From NCBI GenBank assembly GCA_963830365.1, contig CAWHMU010000045.1, positions 128,001-192,000 of the forward strand: DNA of 64,000 nucleotides, read 5' to 3'. Source of the DNA: an uncultured Chlamydiae bacterium. Its GTDB lineage: Bacteria; Chlamydiota; Chlamydiia; Chlamydiales; Parachlamydiaceae. Below are positions 40,185 through 49,348 of the stretch, piece after piece; the first letter of the stretch is position 1; every line of letters starts with the position of its first letter. A program made the translations under genes and the position numbers. The notes beneath the pieces were generated by a model. That model worked only from the letters and a program-made list of their open reading frames with translations, was not told the DNA's origin and searched no databases.

Positions 40185-41108
40185 TTACTCTGCGCAGGCC
40201 TCTTTCCCACGGCCTTCCAGCAGCGCCTGGATTGTTGGTAGGGCATCCAGGGCGGCTTTTCTGCCGGCTTGATAGATGGTCTCGTGATATTTGTCACCTG
40301 CAAAGCAGCCGATGTCATCATCGAGCTCCGGCCTGATGATCACGCTGGCATGCTGCACGCAGCTTTCGCTCTGCCAAAGCAAGGTGATCTCGGCACTGCG
40401 TTCAGCCACACCAAAGAGATTCGTCGGGAAATCTTCAGGCAGCAAGCCGCGCAAGTCTACGGCCACGATGATTTCCGGATTGAATTTGCGGGCCACGCGC
40501 ACCGGCACAGGGTCGATGACACTGCCATCGACAAAGGCTCTGCCATGCAGCCAAACGGGTACAAAGACGAACGGTATCGCTGCCGAAGCTTCAACGGCTG
40601 GGGCAATGGGGCCGCCGCCAATGGTGACAAGTTCGCTGGAGTATAGATCGGTAGTCACGGCAAAGAAAGGGATCTTCAGTTCATCAAAATTGGTGGCATC
40701 CAGATTTGTATTAAGGAATCTGCGTAGCGTTTTCCCCTGGCATAATCCATAGCGGGCATTCCAGATGTCGAAATCGATAATATAATCTGTACGCAGCGAT
40801 AAGAAAACCTCTTTGAGGTGCTCCGTATCAGGGTCGTCGGCATATAGAGCACCGACAATGCTGCCTGCGCTGCATCCTATAATGACATCGACTGGGATGC
40901 TGTTTTCCCGGAATACCTCCAACACGCCGACATGCGCAATGCCGCGCGCCCCGCCGCCGCCTAAGACGAGCGCCAGGCGCACCGGCTGCTGAATCACGGG
41001 GCAATCTGGCAGCGAGGGGGGGGTGTCTGACGGGCAGTATTTTTGCGGACAGCTGCAGGCGGTCATTAGCGCGATGGAAACTATTAATGAGGAAAGATAT
41101 TTTGACAT
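40185..41108 (-). CDS. Patatin-like phospholipase, probable lipoprotein
   Basis: LGGGGARG, GCSAG nucleophile, VDG; lipobox-like MTAC. Confidence 0.9.
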   Translation of the reverse strand: MSKYLSSLIVSIALMTACSCPQKYCPSDTPPSLPDCPVIQQPVRLALVLGGGGARGIAHVGVLEVFRENSIPVDVIIGCSAGSIVGALYADDPDTEHLKEVFLSLRTDYIIDFDIWNARYGLCQGKTLRRFLNTNLDATNFDELKIPFFAVTTDLYSSELVTIGGGPIAPAVEASAAIPFVFVPVWLHGRAFVDGSVIDPVPVRVARKFNPEIIVAVDLRGLLPEDFPTNLFGVAERSAEITLLWQSESCVQHASVIIRPELDDDIGCFAGDKYHETIYQAGRKAALDALPTIQALLEGRGKEACAE

Positions 41109-41306
41109 GAAAAATCGTAGGTAAATTGTTTTGGAATTATAGTCGGTATAAACAGTGGGTGATATTCTTTCAAGAATTTTATTTCAGTGGCACAACACAA
41201 AGTAATCCAACTGAAATTGTGCATATGCTCAAATAGGGGCAAACCGCGGGATATAATGGAATGAAATGATCATCCTTGACATAAGCTAAGTATATATTAT
41301 ACGGTT

Positions 41307-41563
41307 GCTGCTGAGCTCCCTAGGAGCGGCCCTATTTGTAGCCCACGGTGTAGGGCCGGCAGGCGCAAACCGTGGGTCAAAATAAAAAAAGCTAGCCCCA
41401 AGGGGGCGTTATCATTGGATTTTTGGCCTTAGAACATGTTGCTGAGCTCCATAGGAGCGGCCCTATTTGTAGCCCACGGTGTAGGGCCGGCAGGCGCAAA
41501 CCGTGGGTCAAAAAATAAAAAAAAAAGTTAGCCCCAAGGGGGCGTTATAATTGGATCCCTAGG
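41307..41563 (+). repeat. Two direct REP-like units of about 115-125 bp upstream of the Y1 transposase
   Basis: gctgagctcc.taggagcggccctatttgtagcccacggtgtagggccggcaggcgcaaaccgtgggtc..agccccaagggggcgttat occurs twice. Confidence 0.92.
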
Positions 41564-41618
41564 CCTTAAGTATGCTTTATATGGTCAGAAAACCCAGCTA
41601 CAACGATAGTTTTAATTG

Positions 41619-42494
41619 ATGAGTCACTCCCACATTAACCAACTCATTCATGTTATCTGGTCGACACAGGGTCAATTGTTTCTGATTTCCCAATCTGTTA
41701 GGAATGAACTCTATGCCTACATTAGCACGCTAGTGAAGGCGAAAGACGGAAAAGTTTTTGCCTGTGGTGGTACTTCAGACCATATTCACATTCTACTCTT
41801 ACTACCTGCTGATATTTCTTTATCCACCCTCATTTCCCACGTTAAAGCGTACTCTTCCAAATGGATTAAGTCCCGCCAAGGAATCGACTCTAACTTTAGC
41901 TGGCAAAAAGGGTATCTGGCTGTCAGCATTCAAAGGGATAGAGTTGATAATGTCTGTCGATATATCCAGCTAGACGAAAATCGGCACAATTCAAGCAGAA
42001 TGAGTTATATTGATGAACTCAAAAGTATGCTTAAAAAACAGGACATTCCATTCAATGAACAGTATTTTTTGGAGAATAGTCACTCAAAGATACTCTTGCA
42101 TACTGTTTGGTCGACACATAATCGATCTCCTGATTTGGACAAAGATATGAGATCTGAGCTATATGCTAAAATTGAAACCGCGATTATCAACTGTCAAGGG
42201 GAAATGCATGCCATCGGTGGTGTGGAAGACCATGTGCATGTCTTTGTAGAGGCGCCAAAAAATAAATCTCTCTCAGATTTAATGAGAGAAGTAAAGACTG
42301 CCGCCACACATTGGCTGAAAAACAGCAGTTCAAAATATCAGCATTTCGAGTGGCAAGCGGGATATGGCGCATTTTCAATAAGCTCTTCTAGCGTTGAGGA
42401 TGTTAAATATTACATTCAGAATCAGGAAGAACATCATCGACTGCGATCATATGCTGAAGAATGGAACGAGTTTCTATTGCTGAATGGGGTTTAG
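41619..42494 (+). mobile_element. IS200/IS605-type (Y1 HUH, RAYT-like) transposase with two tandem TnpA domains
   Basis: Domain 1: HVIWST, DHIH, FSWQKGY, RYIQLD. Domain 2: HTVWST, DHVH, FEWQAGY, YYIQNQEEHH. Confidence 0.9.
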
Positions 42495-42539
42495 CGTGAT
42501 ATTACCAGAGTCCATTGATGCTTTGATAAAGACGGGGCT

Positions 42540-42795
42540 CCAATTATTACGCCCCGTTGGGGCTAGCTGTGTTTTTTATGCTGACCCACGGTTTGCGCCG
42601 AGTGGCGCTACACCGTGGGCTACAAATAGGGCCGCTCCGATGGAGCTCAGCAACAGATTGATAAGCCCAGGTTACAATTAGAACGCCCCCTTGGGGCTAG
42701 CTGTGTTTTTTATGCTGACCCACGGTTTGCACCTGCTGGCGCTACACCGTGGGCTACAAATAGGGGCCGCTCCTATGGAGCTCAGCAACAACCGT
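42540..42795 (-). repeat. Two REP-like units in reverse orientation downstream of the transposase
   Basis: gacccacggtttgc..gcgctacaccgtgggctacaaatagg..gagctcagcaac twice; reverse complement of the upstream units. Confidence 0.92.
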
Positions 42796-42805
42796 AAAAG
42801 GCAAG

Positions 42806-43015
42806 GTGATGTGGCATAAGGAATATCACGACTACAAAACAGATGAGCCCATGCAAAAGCAGACGATTGAACCAGGCCGCGGCATTTATGGCTGCGAAAT
42901 GCATGAAATCAACGGCTGGGGTAACACGCTGCAGCAGCCCAAAAAGCAGAAACGCGGCTTTCTGGCATCGCTCATCGTAGCCGTCTTTGGCGCCGGTAAG
43001 AAGGAGGAGCCATGA
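42806..43015 (+). CDS. Small hypothetical protein
   Basis: 69 aa; ATGA coupling to the next gene. Confidence 0.5.
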   Translation: MMWHKEYHDYKTDEPMQKQTIEPGRGIYGCEMHEINGWGNTLQQPKKQKRGFLASLIVAVFGAGKKEEP

Positions 43016-43242
43016 CGCAGCAAGGCGAGCATACCTGGGATCTGATTGTGCAATACCATCAATGTCCCAAATGCGGCCGCATCAATGAAAGCCGGGAAGA
43101 TTATCACTACCGCTTGGGAGCCTGGATTAAGGAGGTTACCTGCGAGCGCTGCGGACACGCTTTCAGGCTCACCAAGCAGCGCAAACCCACCTTCGGGCCG
43201 TTGATCGGCACACCCCAGCCGCCGGAAGTCGACTGGCAATAA
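43012..43242 (+). CDS. Small zinc-ribbon protein
   Basis: AGGAGG RBS; CPKCG...CERCG. Confidence 0.7.
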   Translation: MTQQGEHTWDLIVQYHQCPKCGRINESREDYHYRLGAWIKEVTCERCGHAFRLTKQRKPTFGPLIGTPQPPEVDWQ

Positions 43243-43255
43243 GGAGCTGTTTTTG

Positions 43256-43714
43256 ATGAAACTTTATCTAGTCAGACATGGAGAATATAGCTCCTTTGCC
43301 GACCAGACGTTGTCTGAAACGGGGATCCGTGAAACGCAGGCCGTGGTTAATCTTTTAAAGCCGGCAGCGCTTGAAATCGATGAGATTTTGCATAGCGTAA
43401 AAAGGCGCGCCCAGCAGACGGCTGAAATACTAGCCCAAGGACTTGCACCCCATCTATCTCCAATTGAAAGAACCGGGCTTAAGCCCTCAGATCCCATTGA
43501 AGCGATTCTGACAGATATCCACACACAGCCGCGCCAGCTGATGCTGGTCGGCCATCTGCCTTTTATGGAAAGATTGCTGTCAACCCTGCTCTATGGCGAG
43601 GAGTATCCCTGCCCGGTGGATTTCTGCTGTGCTTGTGTGGTATGCCTGGAAAGGCAGGGACGCCAGTGGCAGATCGCCTGGGTGGTCTCGCCCAAGCTTG
43701 TGGGTGACCTGTGA
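43256..43714 (+). CDS. sixA: Phosphohistidine phosphatase SixA
   Basis: LYLVRHGE, HSVKRRAQQTAE and LVGHLP motifs. Confidence 0.85.
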   Translation: MKLYLVRHGEYSSFADQTLSETGIRETQAVVNLLKPAALEIDEILHSVKRRAQQTAEILAQGLAPHLSPIERTGLKPSDPIEAILTDIHTQPRQLMLVGHLPFMERLLSTLLYGEEYPCPVDFCCACVVCLERQGRQWQIAWVVSPKLVGDL

Positions 43715-43740
43715 CTGCGCGCAGCATATAGTAAACGAAT

Positions 43741-43787
43741 GTTGTTGAGCTCCATAGGAGCGGCCATATTTGTAGCCCACGGTGTAG
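43741..43787 (+). repeat. 5' part of a REP unit interrupted by the intron (5' exon; IBS2 CCCAC, IBS1 GTGTAG)
   Basis: gttgttgagctccataggagcggccatatttgtagcccacggtgtag matches the REP start. Confidence 0.92.
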
Positions 43788-45653
43788 TTGTGAAACGAAT
43801 GTTTCCCTCCGCAAGGAGGGAAACATAGCTGTATTATAAGATGAGGGAAGACCCCTCGGATCGGCATACAGGTGCTGATTCAAACCACTCTAAGCTGCAT
43901 TAGTTAAATGCTACTTGTGGTGAACGTTAGAGAAAAGGTGTGACCAGATCACATCAGGTGATGATTAGGGAGATGAACAACAAGTAAGTACCGTAAGTAA
44001 GTGTCGAAAGTGGGATAAGTGACATAAAAACTAGAGATCTCTACACGTTTCTAGGAAGAGTCCAACGGAAACCTGATGTACTGGTTGGATTGTGTCCGGC
44101 ACAGAGGTAACATGAACCTAATCTAGGCTTAAAGTACGGAACGTTTGAACTTGTCGCTACGATGATAAGGGAAAAGTCACAAGGATACGAAATCCGAGGA
44201 CGAAAGTACCAAGGCGTAGCACGAGGGCGGAGAGATTCGTAGTAGTGAAGAAGTCTTTGTAACGAAGATGGAGCGAAGGGGTCTCCTGTCCAGCCGATTT
44301 CAAAATAGACAACCGAAAGGAATGACCTAAATGGAGAAGGCAAAATCGTATCATATTTCTAAATATGCATTTATGGAAGCATATGAGTGTGTAAAAGCCA
44401 ATAAAGGTTCAGCAGGAGTTGATGATGTATCTATTCAAGATTTTGGGAATGATCTGAAAAGGAATCTCTACAAGATTTGGAATAGGATGTCATCTGGAAG
44501 CTACTTTCCGCCGCCTGTTAAAACGGTAGAAATACCTAAAGCAGATGGAAAGATGAGAGAGTTGGGGATTCCCACAGTAGGAGACCGAATTGCACAGATG
44601 GTTGTTAAAATGTATCTAGAACCATTGATAGAGCCGCATTTTCATAATGACTCGTACGGATATAGACCAAATAAATCGGGATTAGATGCCGTAGAAGTAG
44701 CCAGAAGGATGTGTTGGAAGTATGACTGGATCTTGGATATAGATATCAAAGGATTTTTCGATAACATCGATCATGAACTCATGATGCGTGCTGTCAAAAG
44801 GCACACACAAGAACCTTGGATTCTCATATATGTGCAACGATGGTTAGAAGCCCCTGCAGAAGCCAAAGACGGAAGTTTGGTGAAAAGGACAAAAGGCACC
44901 CCACAAGGTGGCGTAATAAGTCCACTATTAGCCAATCTCTACTTGCACTACGCATTTGATGAATGGATGAAAAGAAATTATTCTGGAAATCCATTTGAAA
45001 GATACGCAGATGATATTGTAGTACATTGTAGAACCGAAGAAGAGGCGGTAAAACTTAAAGAAGACATCAGGAAAAGACTTGAAGAGTGCAAGCTTGAATT
45101 GCATCCCGAGAAGACCAAAATCGTATATTGCAAAGACTCAAATAGACGAGGTAACTACCAAAACGAGAAATTTGATTTTCTAGGCTATACTTTTAGACCG
45201 AGATCGTCAAGAAATCGACAAGGTAAACTCTTTGTAAATTTTACTCCGGCAATTAGCGACAAGGCAAAACAGAAAGCAAGGGATAAAATAAAAAGCTGGT
45301 TAAAAGAAGTCAAACCGAATGGAAATCTAAGAGAATTCACCAAAATAATAAATCCAGTCATATCAGGATGGATAAATTATTATGGGAAATTTAATGCGTC
45401 TGAACTTTGGCCTATAATGAGGAATGTAGACACTGTCTTGATGAAATGGGCAAAGAAGAAATATGAGAAGTTGAAGCATAGTTGGCTAAAAGCAAAAGAC
45501 TGGTTATCTAGAATAAGAAAAAGAGAATCAAATCTTTTTGCGAATTGGCAATGGATGCAGAGACACGATTTGGACAGACGAGCCGTATGAAGTGAGAGCT
45601 TCACGTACGGTTCTGTGAGGGTTTTATGGTGAAAGTCCATTTAACTACTCGGC
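43788..45653 (+). mobile_element. Full-length group II intron (IIB, bacterial class D-like), 1866 nt
   Basis: Boundaries fixed by the split REP. EBS2 GTGGG 44010-44014; EBS1 CTACAC 44041-44046 in a stem-loop; domain V gagccgtatgaagtgagagcttcacgtacggttc 45580-45613; domain VI follows. Confidence 0.93.
44331..45590 (+). CDS. ltrA: Group II intron reverse transcriptase/maturase with no endonuclease domain
   Basis: NLYKIWNRMSSGSYFPPPV, LGIPTVGDRIAQ, GTPQGGVISPLLAN, RYADD and GWINYY motifs; ends in domain V. Confidence 0.95.
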   Translation: MEKAKSYHISKYAFMEAYECVKANKGSAGVDDVSIQDFGNDLKRNLYKIWNRMSSGSYFPPPVKTVEIPKADGKMRELGIPTVGDRIAQMVVKMYLEPLIEPHFHNDSYGYRPNKSGLDAVEVARRMCWKYDWILDIDIKGFFDNIDHELMMRAVKRHTQEPWILIYVQRWLEAPAEAKDGSLVKRTKGTPQGGVISPLLANLYLHYAFDEWMKRNYSGNPFERYADDIVVHCRTEEEAVKLKEDIRKRLEECKLELHPEKTKIVYCKDSNRRGNYQNEKFDFLGYTFRPRSSRNRQGKLFVNFTPAISDKAKQKARDKIKSWLKEVKPNGNLREFTKIINPVISGWINYYGKFNASELWPIMRNVDTVLMKWAKKKYEKLKHSWLKAKDWLSRIRKRESNLFANWQWMQRHDLDRRAV

Positions 45654-45872
45654 CGCCGGCAGGCGCAAACCGTGGGTCATAAATTAAATAATCCAGCCCC
45701 AAGGGGGTGTTATAATTTGATCCCTAGGGTTTTAACATTGTGAGAATTCAAAGATGCAATTATAACGCCCCTCTGGGGCTGGATTGTTTTGGGATTGTGA
45801 CCCACGGTTTGCGCCGGCTGGCGCTACACCATGGGCTACAAATATGGCCGCCCCATGATGGGGCTCAGCAGC
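45654..45872. repeat. 3' remainder of the interrupted REP plus an inverted partner REP (REPIN-like pair)
   Basis: cgccggcaggcgcaaaccgtgggtc..agccccaaggggg, then a reverse copy at 45757-45872. Confidence 0.9.
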
Positions 45873-46042
45873 AAATGCATGATGCCAAAGTTAAACCAAT
45901 ACCCTTGTTACTTATCAAATCTTTTTAATCAAAACGCCTTAACACGGGGAGGCCTGCCCGATTCGACAATTTTAAGCGATAAGTCTTAAATGTCACTTTC
46001 GTCCCTTAGGTCCTTTACGTCCCTTAGGTCCCTTTCCTTTTA

Positions 46043-49000
46043 CTAATTAAGGTGGAATTCCTTTTCGAGGGCGGCGATGAGCTTGCGCTCCATCTCTTGG
46101 GGGGTTTTGGGCTGGGCGACCAGCATTTTGCGGGTGGTGACTTCTTTGCCTTTCTGCCTTTCGGCCGTCAGGGTGAGTTTCTCCTGCTTGAGCAGGGTGA
46201 AGCCGTGGCGGGCGGCGAAGGCGCGCAGGCGCGTGAGGTGGTAGAGCCAGACGGCAGGTGGCGGCGGCGGACCGAAGCGGTCTTTGAGTTCTTCCCAGAT
46301 GGCGTCGACCTCTTCCCCTGAGACGGCATCGCCGAGGCGCTGGTAGATGCCCATGCGCAGGCTGGTTTCGTTGACGTAGTCTTCGGGCAGGCGGGCGTCG
46401 GCGGGGAATTCGACCTTGGCGTCGGTGACGACGCTTGAGATTTTTCCCTGCATGGCCGCGATGGTGCGTTTCAGCAACTTGCAATACAGGTGGAAGCCGA
46501 TCGAAGCCACCTGTCCGGATTGTTCAGTCCCTAGGATGTTGCCGGCGCCGCGGATTTCCAGGTCGCGCATGGCGACTTTCATGCCGCCGCCATAGCCGCT
46601 GGATTCGGCCAGCGACATCAACCGCTTGCGTACGATTTCGGGCAGGATGCGCTGGTTAGGGACGAAGAAGTAGGCATAGGCGCGGCGGTTCCAGCGGCCC
46701 ACGCGGCCGCGCAACTGGTATAAGTCTGCCATGCCGAACCTGTCGGCCCGGTCGATCAAGATGGTGTTGGCATTGGGGATGTCGATGCCATTTTCGATGA
46801 TGGTGGTGGCGATGAGGATATCGGCCTGTCCGCTTTTGAAGGTATGGAAGACAAGGTCGAGTTCATCGGCCGACATCTGGCCGTGGCCGACGACGATGCG
46901 GGCTTTGGGCAACAGCTTCTGGATGCGCGCGGCATATTCGAAGATGCTGTCGACGCGGTTGTGGATGATATAGGCCTGCCCATCACGCGCCAGTTCACGC
47001 AACAGGGCATTTTTGATGGTCAGCTCATTGCTTTCGGTGATGATGGTGGTGATCGGCAGACGGTCTTGCGGCGGCGTGTTGATCACCGACATATCGCGGG
47101 CGCTGGTCAGTGACATATAGAGGGTGCGTGGAATCGGCGTGGCCGACAGTGTCAGGCAGTCGACGCCGACTTTGATTTTCTTTAAGTGTTCTTTGGCTTT
47201 GACGCCGAAGCGCTGTTCCTCATCGATGATGAAGAGACCCAGGTCTTTGAATTTAACGTCTTCGCTGATGACGCGGTGGGTGCCGATGACGATATCGACG
47301 GCGCCACTTGCGATGCCTTCCAGGGATTCTTTGATCTGCTTGGCCGTGCGGAAGCGCGACAGCACGGCGATATTGACCGGGAAGCTGCTGCAGCGGTCGA
47401 CGAAATTCTCATAGTGCTGCATGGCCAACACTGTTGTAGGTACGAGTACAGCCACCTGCTTATGCCCGTCGATGACGGCTTTGAAGGCGGCGCGCATGGC
47501 GACTTCTGTTTTGCCATAGCCCACATCGCCGCAGATCAGGCGGTCCATGGATTTTTTGGAGATCATGTCGGTTTTAATGCTGGCGATGGCGGCGAGCTGG
47601 TCTTCGGTTTCGACGTAGGGGAATTCTTCTTCGAAGTCGTGCATATCGGAGCTGTCTTCGCCATAGCTGAAGCCGCCGGCCAGCTCGCGTCTGGCATAGA
47701 GTTCTAGCAGCTCTGAAGCATACCCCATGATGGCGCGTTCGGCCTGCTCGCGGCTTTTCTTCCAGCGCGTACCGCCCAAGGCATGCATCTTGGGGATTTC
47801 CTCGTTGGCGCCGATATATTTGCTGACCAGATGGGATTGATTGAAGGGTACATACAATTTGGCATTATCGGCGTATTCGACCAGCAGGTATTCGTTGACG
47901 ATGCCCTGGTGGTCGGGGCGCTTTTCCAGTCCCAGGTAGCGGCCGATGCCGTTGTTATAATGCACGATCATCTCGCCCGGCGACAGGTCGTAGGTGTCGA
48001 CCGGCGAGGTGTGGTAGGTGCTGCGCTGTTTCTGGCGGCGGATCTTATAGCGTTTGGTGATTTCGGTCAGCGGCAGGATAACGAGCGATAGGTCTTCGAT
48101 GACCAGGCCGTTGGAGAGATAGCCAATTTGGAAAGTGGTGTGTCTGGGCAGGGCGATGCCGGCATCCTGCAGGCGCTTATGGAAATTGGTTTCATCCAGC
48201 TCCGTCGGGCATAGCACATAGAGATGCACATCTTTCCGGCTTAACGTGCCGAGTGCAATGATGAGGTCTTGCCCCGACAGCCGTTCGCTGTCGGGATTGT
48301 CGGGGAATAGGTATTCGCTGATGGTGGCAAAGGCCGGCACGAAGCGTTGGGCGGTGAATTTGCGGTTGAACATCTGGAAGGCCACTTCTTGCATGGGGGC
48401 TAAGGCTGAATAGAAGCCGTGGCCGCCTTTTTTTGTCAGATAAACTTCGCTAAGTTCTTCGATGGGCTGCTGACTCAAGAATATCTGTTGCAGCGGTGCT
48501 ACGGTATCGAGGAAGTCTTCGATGCTGGCAAAGGCTTTCGATGGCGCCGACATGCCCACTAGCGATGCATAGCGGTCTTCGATAGCCAGCAGGTCGTCGT
48601 AGATAATGAGGGTGTTTGGTCCCAGGTAGTCCGAAATGGTGCTAAGCTGGGCTGCCGCGCCGAGCAGCTCCATCTCCTGGGCGGGCGTGATTTCGAGGGT
48701 GGCAGCGGGTTTAACGGATTTTTGGCCGATGGGGTCGTAGATGCGCACCGATTCCAGATCGTCGCCCCAGAATTCCAGCCGGAAAGGATCGGGGGAGGAG
48801 ACAGGGAAAATATCGATGATGCTGCCGCGTACGGCATACTGTCCTTTGTCGCTGGCTACGCCGCAGCGTTGGTAGCCCATCTTATTCAGCTGCGTGATGA
48901 GGTCGTCAAAGACATAGCTTTGGCCGCTTTCCAGATGGAGATAGAGTTTTTTGAAGCTGGCAGGCGGGATGAGCCTTTGCAGGCAGGCCTGCAAGCTACT

Positions 49001-49345
49001 TAAGATGATGTATGGCTGCGAGGATGACGACAGTTCATGCAGGGCGCGGTAGCGCTCGCCGACGATATCGGGACTGGGGGCGATGTTTTCCGACGGCAAC
49101 GTCTCCCAGGCGGGGAAATCGATAACGGGATTCCGGGTGAAAAAGGCGAAATCGTGATAGAGGCGCACCTCCTCCTGGCTGCCGCCGGTCAGGATGAGGA
49201 CGTGTTTGCCGGTGGCCTGCTGTGCCAGCGCGGCAATTAGCGCTTTGGGGGCATTCCAAAGGTCTTCAATGAGTACCGACTGGCTGTTTTGCAAAGCGTG
49301 GTGCAGTTCGCGCAGCTTCTCACTTTGCAGGATCTCATCAAGCAC
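46043..49345 (-). CDS. mfd: Transcription-repair coupling factor
   Basis: CGDVGYGKTEVA, DEEQRFGV, LSATPIPRTL and QLRGRVGR motifs. Confidence 0.97.
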   Translation of the reverse strand: MLDEILQSEKLRELHHALQNSQSVLIEDLWNAPKALIAALAQQATGKHVLILTGGSQEEVRLYHDFAFFTRNPVIDFPAWETLPSENIAPSPDIVGERYRALHELSSSSQPYIILSSLQACLQRLIPPASFKKLYLHLESGQSYVFDDLITQLNKMGYQRCGVASDKGQYAVRGSIIDIFPVSSPDPFRLEFWGDDLESVRIYDPIGQKSVKPAATLEITPAQEMELLGAAAQLSTISDYLGPNTLIIYDDLLAIEDRYASLVGMSAPSKAFASIEDFLDTVAPLQQIFLSQQPIEELSEVYLTKKGGHGFYSALAPMQEVAFQMFNRKFTAQRFVPAFATISEYLFPDNPDSERLSGQDLIIALGTLSRKDVHLYVLCPTELDETNFHKRLQDAGIALPRHTTFQIGYLSNGLVIEDLSLVILPLTEITKRYKIRRQKQRSTYHTSPVDTYDLSPGEMIVHYNNGIGRYLGLEKRPDHQGIVNEYLLVEYADNAKLYVPFNQSHLVSKYIGANEEIPKMHALGGTRWKKSREQAERAIMGYASELLELYARRELAGGFSYGEDSSDMHDFEEEFPYVETEDQLAAIASIKTDMISKKSMDRLICGDVGYGKTEVAMRAAFKAVIDGHKQVAVLVPTTVLAMQHYENFVDRCSSFPVNIAVLSRFRTAKQIKESLEGIASGAVDIVIGTHRVISEDVKFKDLGLFIIDEEQRFGVKAKEHLKKIKVGVDCLTLSATPIPRTLYMSLTSARDMSVINTPPQDRLPITTIITESNELTIKNALLRELARDGQAYIIHNRVDSIFEYAARIQKLLPKARIVVGHGQMSADELDLVFHTFKSGQADILIATTIIENGIDIPNANTILIDRADRFGMADLYQLRGRVGRWNRRAYAYFFVPNQRILPEIVRKRLMSLAESSGYGGGMKVAMRDLEIRGAGNILGTEQSGQVASIGFHLYCKLLKRTIAAMQGKISSVVTDAKVEFPADARLPEDYVNETSLRMGIYQRLGDAVSGEEVDAIWEELKDRFGPPPPPAVWLYHLTRLRAFAARHGFTLLKQEKLTLTAERQKGKEVTTRKMLVAQPKTPQEMERKLIAALEKEFHLN

Positions 49346-49348
49346 GGT

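Noticed and set aside
41307..42795. REP units as CRISPR repeats or IS terminal repeats
   Set aside because: They are too long, multi-hairpin, present in both orientations and also found away from the transposase; no target duplication seen.
44331..45590. RT as a retron, DGR or defence RT
   Set aside because: It has group II maturase motifs, domains V/VI and matching EBS/IBS, so it is a group II intron IEP.
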